This document shows positions 57,244-64,000 of a stretch of DNA of 64,000 nucleotides, piece after piece. The DNA comes from an uncultured Alphaproteobacteria bacterium. Its GTDB lineage: Bacteria; Pseudomonadota; Alphaproteobacteria; Acetobacterales; Acetobacteraceae. The number at the start of each line of letters is the position of its first letter. Positions within the stretch are counted from its first letter, which is position 1. The notes beneath the pieces are model-generated. The model made no database searches and was not told where the DNA came from. It saw only the letters and a list, made by a program, of their open reading frames with translations. Both the position numbers and the translations under genes were made by a program. The stretch covers positions 502,257-566,256 of the forward strand of contig CAWFNN010000007.1 in NCBI GenBank assembly GCA_963817185.1, given 5' to 3'.

Positions 57244-58362
57244 ATGACGGCTGGTGGGGTGCGCCGCTGCTAGGTCTTCCGTGTGCCCACGGCGGATCCC
57301 GCCGACACGAGCGGCGTGCTGGCCCTGATCACCTCCGGCGTGGTTCGTGCGGCCGACATCCGAGCGATCCTGGGCAAGACCGAGGGCAACGGATGCGTCA
57401 ATGATTTCACGCGCGCCTACGCCCTGAGTGCGCTGCAGCACGCGCTGTCGGGGCCGTTGGGCTGCGCTCCGGGCGAGGTCGGCCGGCGGGTCGCGATGGT
57501 CATGTCCGGGGGCACCGAGGGCGGATTGTCGCCGCATCTTCTGGTGTTTGCCGTGAGCGAGGCGCCGCGGGGCGCCGAACCGGCGCACAGCCTCGCGATC
57601 GGGACGGCGTTCAGCCGCGAGCTCCAGGCCGAGGAAATCGGGCGCATGGCGCAGGTCGAGGCGACTGCCGAAGCGGTGACGGCGGCGATGGCGCAAGCCG
57701 GCATCACCGGCGCCGAGGACGTGCACTACGTCCAGGTCAAATGCCCCCTGCTGACCAGCGAGCGCGTCCTGGAAGCCGCCGCCCGGGATAGTGCCGTGGT
57801 GACCGTCGATACCTACCGGTCGATGGGGTATTCGCGCGGCGCTTCCGCACTGGGGGTCGCGCTGGCACTAGGCGAGGTGGGACGCGACGCGCTGAACGAT
57901 GGGGTGGTCTGCCGGGACCGGGGGCTGTGGTCCGGGCGGGCCAGCACCTCGGCGGGCATCGAACTGATGCACAACGAGGTCATCGTGCTGGGCAACAGCC
58001 TGGCCTGGGCGAGCGATACTGTGATCGCCCATCGCGTGATGCGCGACGCGATCGATCTCCCGGCCGTGCTGGGGGCGCTGGCGGATGCGGGGCTGCACCC
58101 GGAGGGGCAGTTGGACGAGGCGGGGCGCGAGGCGCTGGTGGCGGTGCTTGCAAAGGCTGATCCATCCAGCAGCGGGCGGATCCGTGGCGCTCGGCACGTC
58201 ATGCTGGATGACAGCGACATCAATGCGACGCGGCATGCGCGGGCGCTGGTTGGCGGTGTGCTGGCCGGGGTGGTGGGACGCACCGATCTGTTCGTCTCGG
58301 GCGGTGCCGAACATCAGGGGCCGGATGGTGGTGGACCCGTCGCGGTGATCGTTCGGCGGTAG
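57244..58362 (+). CDS. atzD: Cyanuric acid hydrolase (AtzD/TrzD; Toblerone fold), in-frame TAG at 57271-73
   Basis: GKTEGNGCVNDFTR, MSGGTEG, QVKCPLLT, SMGYSRGASALG, STSAG, SGGAEHQGP. Confidence 0.88.
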
Positions 58363-58974
58363 TGGATGGAGTTTGGGCGCGAAGTCTGGTTCCGGGGTTG
58401 CTGGCAACGTGACGGAGACCACCAAATGGCAGCCTTCAGTAACCGCGCTGTGTGATGATCACGTTGGGCGAAACCCGACGCTTGTGATTGGACTGCCGGC
58501 GGATTCGACCGCGTCCGGCACAAGATCGTGTACCGGGCTTGGCGATAGCCTGAGAAGCACCCGAGGACAACCGGCCGTCGAAGCCATCAGGACAACGTCA
58601 TATCCAGGCGCGACCGAAGTTGATCACGGATTCTGAGCAGGCCGTGTCACCTGAAGAATACCGATCTGAGCGACCAGGGCCGGTTGCCCTCCACCATAGA
58701 TAAGCCACGCGACGCCTGAACTTATGTCGAGTGCAATTTGCGCGAGCGGTGGCTGAAGGGTTACGATACTGCCATCAAACGAGGAAGCGCCGCCCGGACA
58801 TGCCCGCGGAGAGAGGTGCCGCATTTTTCGCTTTTGAGAGTGGCCTTCATCAGAAAGAACACCTCTCCCTGTCAGGTCCCGTGGCCGCGCTGGTTGGCCT
58901 GAAGGTTAGGAACAAGCTCGGCGTGCACCAAGGACGAACAACGATACCGCTGGATACCAGGTTCAACAGCGAGG

Positions 58975-59760
58975 ATGAACGACGTGCTTTCGCCATTGGC
59001 CAGAGCTGCCGCTTTTTTGACCATGGTCGTCCTGCTCGATAGCTGCGGGCCACGAGCCGAAACACCCATGAACCAACCGGAGGAGGTGATGACGGCTGCG
59101 TGGGGGCCCTTCGCACGACAGTGTACCAGCACCCGAACCTCGCACTATGCAATGGTCGGTCGGGAGCCGGAAGATGTAGCGACGACCTATGAGGCCTGCA
59201 TTGGTTTCGCCGCGATGCCTGCCGCCCACGGCGCCATGCAGATCACCGGCAGCACGACCTCCAACCGACGATCATCCGTGCCAATCGTCTACCGAATTCT
59301 ACGCGGACCCAGCGGCGTCAGCCGTCCGGCAACGTCGGGAGATACGGGGCTGTTGGCTCAGGGCTCCGACAGCCCGAGTTCGGCAGAAGCATTTGCCCGT
59401 GAAATCGGCCTCACCCAGAGGCAGGTCATCGAGCCGCACGAGTCGTTACTTCTTCCGATTAATCTCCGCGTCCCGTCCTCCGTGGACGGCACTTTACGAT
59501 GCAAACCGACTGGGGGAGCCGTCGTTCATGGTCGCGAAACACTGGTATTTACCTGTACACTAGACCAACAGGTCCACAACGATCGCCTAGACGCGAGGGT
59601 TCAGTTGGCGGGCGTGGAGGAAGTCGACGTTCTGACCGGTGTAAGGCTTTCCAGTTCGTTTTCGGGATATTTATCGGGTTATGAACGATCCAACACCAGG
59701 TCACGCATGCGTCGCGTTGACGATCACCTGCGGTACGAGAGAACAACGGAATTCGAGTAG
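58975..59760 (+). CDS. Hypothetical exported or lipoprotein-like protein
   Basis: N-terminal hydrophobic stretch then LDS-C; 261-aa open frame. Confidence 0.5.
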   Translation: MNDVLSPLARAAAFLTMVVLLDSCGPRAETPMNQPEEVMTAAWGPFARQCTSTRTSHYAMVGREPEDVATTYEACIGFAAMPAAHGAMQITGSTTSNRRSSVPIVYRILRGPSGVSRPATSGDTGLLAQGSDSPSSAEAFAREIGLTQRQVIEPHESLLLPINLRVPSSVDGTLRCKPTGGAVVHGRETLVFTCTLDQQVHNDRLDARVQLAGVEEVDVLTGVRLSSSFSGYLSGYERSNTRSRMRRVDDHLRYERTTEFE

Positions 59761-59912
59761 CATGGGGTGACGCCGCGTCGCCCTTCGCCCGCATCGTCCG
59801 GGTGGCATTCCTGGACACTGGTCTCGACGCCCAAAGCCGTTAGGCCTGACCCGGGCGCGACCCAGGAACAACGATGCGCTTGTGAGAAAGGCGGAACTCA
59901 TTGCCGAAACGC

Positions 59913-60443
59913 TTATCTGAAAGGATAAGCCGTGTAGATGTAATCCTGCGATGCCATCCTGGTGTGGCACGCATACCCGCATCTGGCGTCGGTTCCCTGC
60001 GGCGTAAACGTATTGGACGCGGCACTATAGTTGAAATTGCCGTACGCCCATCCATGCGTGTCCGGGAATCTCTTGCTGTCTTTTTCGATTGTCGCGACCG
60101 CTTGCAGCGTGTCCGGCACCTCCACGGAGTAAGGCGCCCTGGTATTCTTTTTCATGCTCCACTCGATCTTCACTACCTTGGAGCCTTCGGGAAAAAGCTT
60201 GCCATCGGCGGGAAGGCCTTGCCGATACGCGTCCATCATCACGTCATTCGCGAGGATCACTTTCAGTTGGGTTTCGGTTTGGCTGACCGCGACAACCCGC
60301 CAGTTTTCGTATCCCCTGAAATCGCCGAATGAGAGCTGGCCCAATTTCAGCGCGTATCTGTCTTGTTGCGCGACGGCGATGCCTCCGAACACAGCGAGCG
60401 ACACGGCACCGACCAAAGCCAACGCGATGATCCTGGCCCTCAT
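59913..60443 (-). CDS. Cytochrome P460 / c'-beta family protein
   Basis: Signal peptide, GYENW, FPEGS...K, KDSKRF..THGW.Y..F, C-terminal CGYACH and DYIYT. Confidence 0.82.
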   Translation of the reverse strand: MRARIIALALVGAVSLAVFGGIAVAQQDRYALKLGQLSFGDFRGYENWRVVAVSQTETQLKVILANDVMMDAYRQGLPADGKLFPEGSKVVKIEWSMKKNTRAPYSVEVPDTLQAVATIEKDSKRFPDTHGWAYGNFNYSAASNTFTPQGTDARCGYACHTRMASQDYIYTAYPFR

Positions 60444-60866
60444 GTCAATCTCCTCTCGTCCGACATTTCCCAGATGACCGGTTCATCCGGGCAGGCAGGC
60501 TACCCGCCATCTGACACCAATTGGAAGCTCTGGCCGAGGGTGCGCTTGTTCTGCCGCCGAGGCCCTTAGCGTTTTGAACAAATCGTCTGGTGACCCCAGA
60601 TACGTCCACCAATGACAATGGCGCGCCGCGTATCAGGAGCAATTGAAGAAGCACGCGCCGCCGTCATGGCGGATTTTCCATTGCCTGCCGCTTCGAAAAA
60701 AGAGGTATTTTCTTGGAAAGTCTCCTTGGGGCGTATTACAGGAAACGCACCGAGCATGTGCAGCCAATCGGTATTGATCACCGGATCGTGAAGTTGTATT
60801 TGTCCGGTATTGTTGAATGCACGATTTCAGCAACATCTTTTGTTCGCAGTACCGCACGCGCCTCCG

Positions 60867-61692
60867 TTACCCTGCGTACTCGGAAGCAAACCGCCGCATC
60901 ACCTCCGCCGTGGCACGGTCGGCAGGGAAAAAGCATTCCAGCGCCAGTTCAGACAGAGTAATGTCAACCGGCGTGCCGAACACCGTGGTCGTGCTGAAGA
61001 AGGACAGCACCCCGGCATCGGTGGCCAAGCGAAACGGCACCGCCACACTGGCAAAATCCCGGTCCGCGACCTCGCCGGCGCGATCGCCGGGAACCGGATA
61101 CCCAAGCAGTTCGGCCCGCAAATCCATCAGCACCGGATCGGCGGAAACATCGATCTGCTGGCGCAGCCGCTCCAGCAGGTGCGCCCGCCACTCCGGCAGG
61201 TTGACGGTGCGCGGCGCCAAGCCGGACGGATGCAGACCCAGCCGCAGCACGTTCACCGGTGGACGCAGCAGGGCCGGATCGACCGCCCCGACCAGCGGCG
61301 CCACGGCCCGGTTGGCCGCCGCCATGCACCAGTGCCGGTCAACCGCGAGCGCGGGATGCGGCTCATGCCCGGTCAGCACGAGGTCGATCGCCTCGCGCGC
61401 GGCAGTCAGTGCCGAAGTCGTCCAGCGGGCGCTCGAGAAAGGCCGGAGCATAGCCGGCGGCGTTCAGCAGCGCATTGCGCGCGCGAAGCGGAACGTCGAG
61501 CCGTTCGGCGAGATGCAGCACCATGTCTCGGCTCGGCACCGACCGGCCGGTTTCGAGAAAACTCAGGTGCTTCGTCGAGATGTCGGCCTCACAGGCGAGG
61601 TCGAGCTGGCTCAGGCGCCGCCGCTGGCGCCATTCGCGCAGCAGGGCGCCGACAGGACGGGCCGAAGCGGCCATGGCGGTGATCTGGGTCAT
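60867..61692 (-). CDS. XRE HTH regulator with MmyB-like ligand-binding domain (frameshift)
   Basis: LREWR..SQLDLA..HLSFLETGRS; PALAVD, NVLRL, FFPAD. Confidence 0.9.
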
Positions 61693-61810
61693 GCGCGACG
61701 TTACCGCGATCGCGAACCGGCCTCCATTACCTGCCAGTTAATTGTTTGCGTTCGCGGGCGTGGCGTCCTGTTGCCGCCGACCGTGAGCAATCAACCGCAG
61801 GAGCCTGATC

Positions 61811-62118
61811 ATGAACGAGATCGGATCGCGAGACATCAACGCTGACCAGCCGCGGCATGCGACGATCCGCCGCGTTGACCGCCGTCAGCGGCGGATTGCT
61901 TGGCGCCGGCCCGGCCGGTGGATCCGACGCCCGGTCCTCCCCACTCCGGGACGGCCGTCACAGCGGTCGATTTCATCCAGACCGAGGACGGCACGATCAG
62001 CCCTGTTGAAACGGGGCCGGCAGCAGCGTCCAAATCCACGGATCTCTATCGCGGAAAAGCCCCCTGGAAGGGTCGGCTGTTGCCCTGGTCGTCACTTCAC
62101 GTTTTCGTTCCATCTTAG
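61811..62118 (+). CDS. Possible small hypothetical protein (frameshifted)
   Basis: AGGAG RBS plus ATG, divergent from the regulator; no family recognised. Confidence 0.3.
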
Positions 62119-62744
62119 AGGATGGACAGTGACGTCGCGATGCCCCGGTGGGCGCATTCCGTGTGCTCATAGGAAAGTCGGGCAGCGCGATCCGGATCAT
62201 GAGCCTGAAGCGCATCGATGATCGCTTCGTGCTCCGCGCAGGCCTGACGGATTGCTTCATGCTTCAGGGACCGTAAGGTGGCCCACATCAGCCGATCGAA
62301 TTGATCGATCAGGTTGCGAACGACGGCAGCCAGGCGCTTGTTATCCACCAATCCGGCGACCGCGTTATGAAATGACGCATTATATTCGAGGTACTCCGCT
62401 TCCGTGTATTCTCGGTCAGCAAAACCTCGAAATTGATTCAATCTCCGCAACGCCACGTCGTCGGCGCGCGCCGCCGCCGCGGCACAGGCCGGGTCCATCA
62501 ATAAATGGAAACTAAAGAGGGTCTCGACTTCAGAGGTGAGGATAGGTTTTACTCGGTAGCCTTGCCTGGGCAATACGATCACCAGGTCTTCCTGCTCCAG
62601 ACGAAGCAAGGCGTCCCGGATCGGTGAACGACTGACACGATACCGCTCGGCCAGCGCCTGTTCTCGCAGCTCTTGCCCGGGCTGAAATTCACAGGTCAGG
62701 ATCGCGTGTCGGATCCTCCGATAAATGTCATCACGAAGTAGCAT
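62115..62744 (-). CDS. GntR-family regulator (FCD domain)
   Basis: VSRSPIRDAL..LE...L...PRQG; N..FH; EH..II.AL. Confidence 0.9.
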   Translation of the reverse strand: MLLRDDIYRRIRHAILTCEFQPGQELREQALAERYRVSRSPIRDALLRLEQEDLVIVLPRQGYRVKPILTSEVETLFSFHLLMDPACAAAAARADDVALRRLNQFRGFADREYTEAEYLEYNASFHNAVAGLVDNKRLAAVVRNLIDQFDRLMWATLRSLKHEAIRQACAEHEAIIDALQAHDPDRAARLSYEHTECAHRGIATSLSIL

Positions 62745-62822
62745 TGTGCTCTCTTTATTCGTGGTGGATCGGGTCCAGTCCTGTGGAGAACGGACATGCG
62801 GTCCTACGGAACGCGCCGAACC

Positions 62823-64000
62823 TCAGCCGATCCGATCTGCCCAATGACTGGCTATCGCAGCCTCCAACGCCGACATGCGCACGGGCTTCAGCAGGAAGAC
62901 ATCGTGCGAGCTCAGCGTATCCAACTGTTCGCCGCGGGGCGGGCGGCCACTGATGACGACGATCTGGACGCCGGGCCAGCGGCGTCGCGCAACCGGGCAG
63001 AATTCGAACCCATCCATTCCAGCGCCAAGGTTGACATCCGTGATCACGATCCGTGGGGCCGGAAAGGATTCAGGTGACGCCAACGCCTCTTCGGCGCTGG
63101 AGGCCGTCGTCACCTTCCAGCCGAGGAGCTCGAGCGTATCGCTGAGTGTCGCGAGGACACTTGGATCGTCGTCGACGACCACCGCGCTCCGTGAACGGCC
63201 CGCCGCGCAGACAGCCGACGGGCGCTGGACGACTTCATTTTGGTCGAGCGATAAGTCCTTGCTTTCGAGGAGGGAGAAAAACTCGGCCTCCGGCGTCGCG
63301 CGACCAAAAAAGTAGCCTTGGACATACGGGCATCCAAGCTTTCGCAGCACCGAAACCTCGTTTTCAGTTTCGGCGCCTTCAGCGACGACCGATATCTGAA
63401 GTTCCTTGCCAAGACGGATCATGGCGTCAACGATGACGTGCTTGGAGCGGTTCTGGTCGAACTTGCGAGACAAAGCTTCTGTCGATCTTGAATTCATTTA
63501 CCGGGAAGGCCCCGAGGCGGCTGAGGCTTGAATATCCCGTACCGAAATCGTCGATCGAAAGCCCCACGCCCATTGCCCGGAGTTCCCGGAGAGTTCCTAT
63601 CATTGCCGGCGAATTGTCGGCGAGCAGGCTCTCGGTCAATTCGAGCATCAGCCATGAAGGTTCGGCGTCCGTCTGTTCAAGAATTGTTCGCAGGAGTTGA
63701 GCCACATCGTCACGACGGAACTGGAGTTGAGACACGTTGACGGAAAACACCAGTGGTTTCGGGCGTCCCCGGTTCACCCGAACGGCAAACCGGGCGGCGT
63801 GTCGTAACGCCCAGGCGCCGATATCGACGATCAATCCGGATTCCTCGGCGATAGGAATGAAACGACCTGGCGGTTGCGTTCCGCAGACAGCATGCTCCCA
63901 TCGGAGAAGGGCTTCCGCGCCGACGATTTTGCCGGTGGCCAGCTCGACCTTCGGCTGGTAGCGCATCAGGAACTCGCTGTTTTCGAGAGCCTGCTGCAAA
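62823..64000 (-). CDS. EAL phosphodiesterase with C-terminal receiver domain (5'-truncated, frameshift near 63480)
   Basis: YQP, EALLRW, ELTES, DDFGTGYSSL, EGAE, QGY; then VVDDD..ITD..ISG..KP. Confidence 0.88.

Overview
GC-rich alphaproteobacterial chromosome segment; gene content suggests Acetobacteraceae (Rhodopila/Acidisphaera-like), which is an inference. It holds envelope genes (GT9, MraY/WecA-like, GT4), the mreB-mreC-mreD-mrdA-rodA operon, and an IS110-family (IS1111-type) element whose 293-bp 3' non-coding region (the expected bridge/seekRNA region) is exactly duplicated in tandem. A nitrogen-related block follows: CP-ATP-grasp/alpha-E fusion, PP2C-kinase, a sigma54-preceded plant-AMT2-like ammonium transporter and a transglutaminase. 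Further along are catabolic enzymes and transporters, a nosR-nosX pair without nosZ, kup, yyaL-like, yraN, motB-motA, an amide/urea-type ABC transporter, M20 peptidase, nucleoside hydrolase, cyanuric acid hydrolase, a cytochrome P460-family gene and regulators. Two families of dispersed palindromic repeats are present. Many genes, including essential ones, carry single-base frameshifts that are most likely long-read indel errors.
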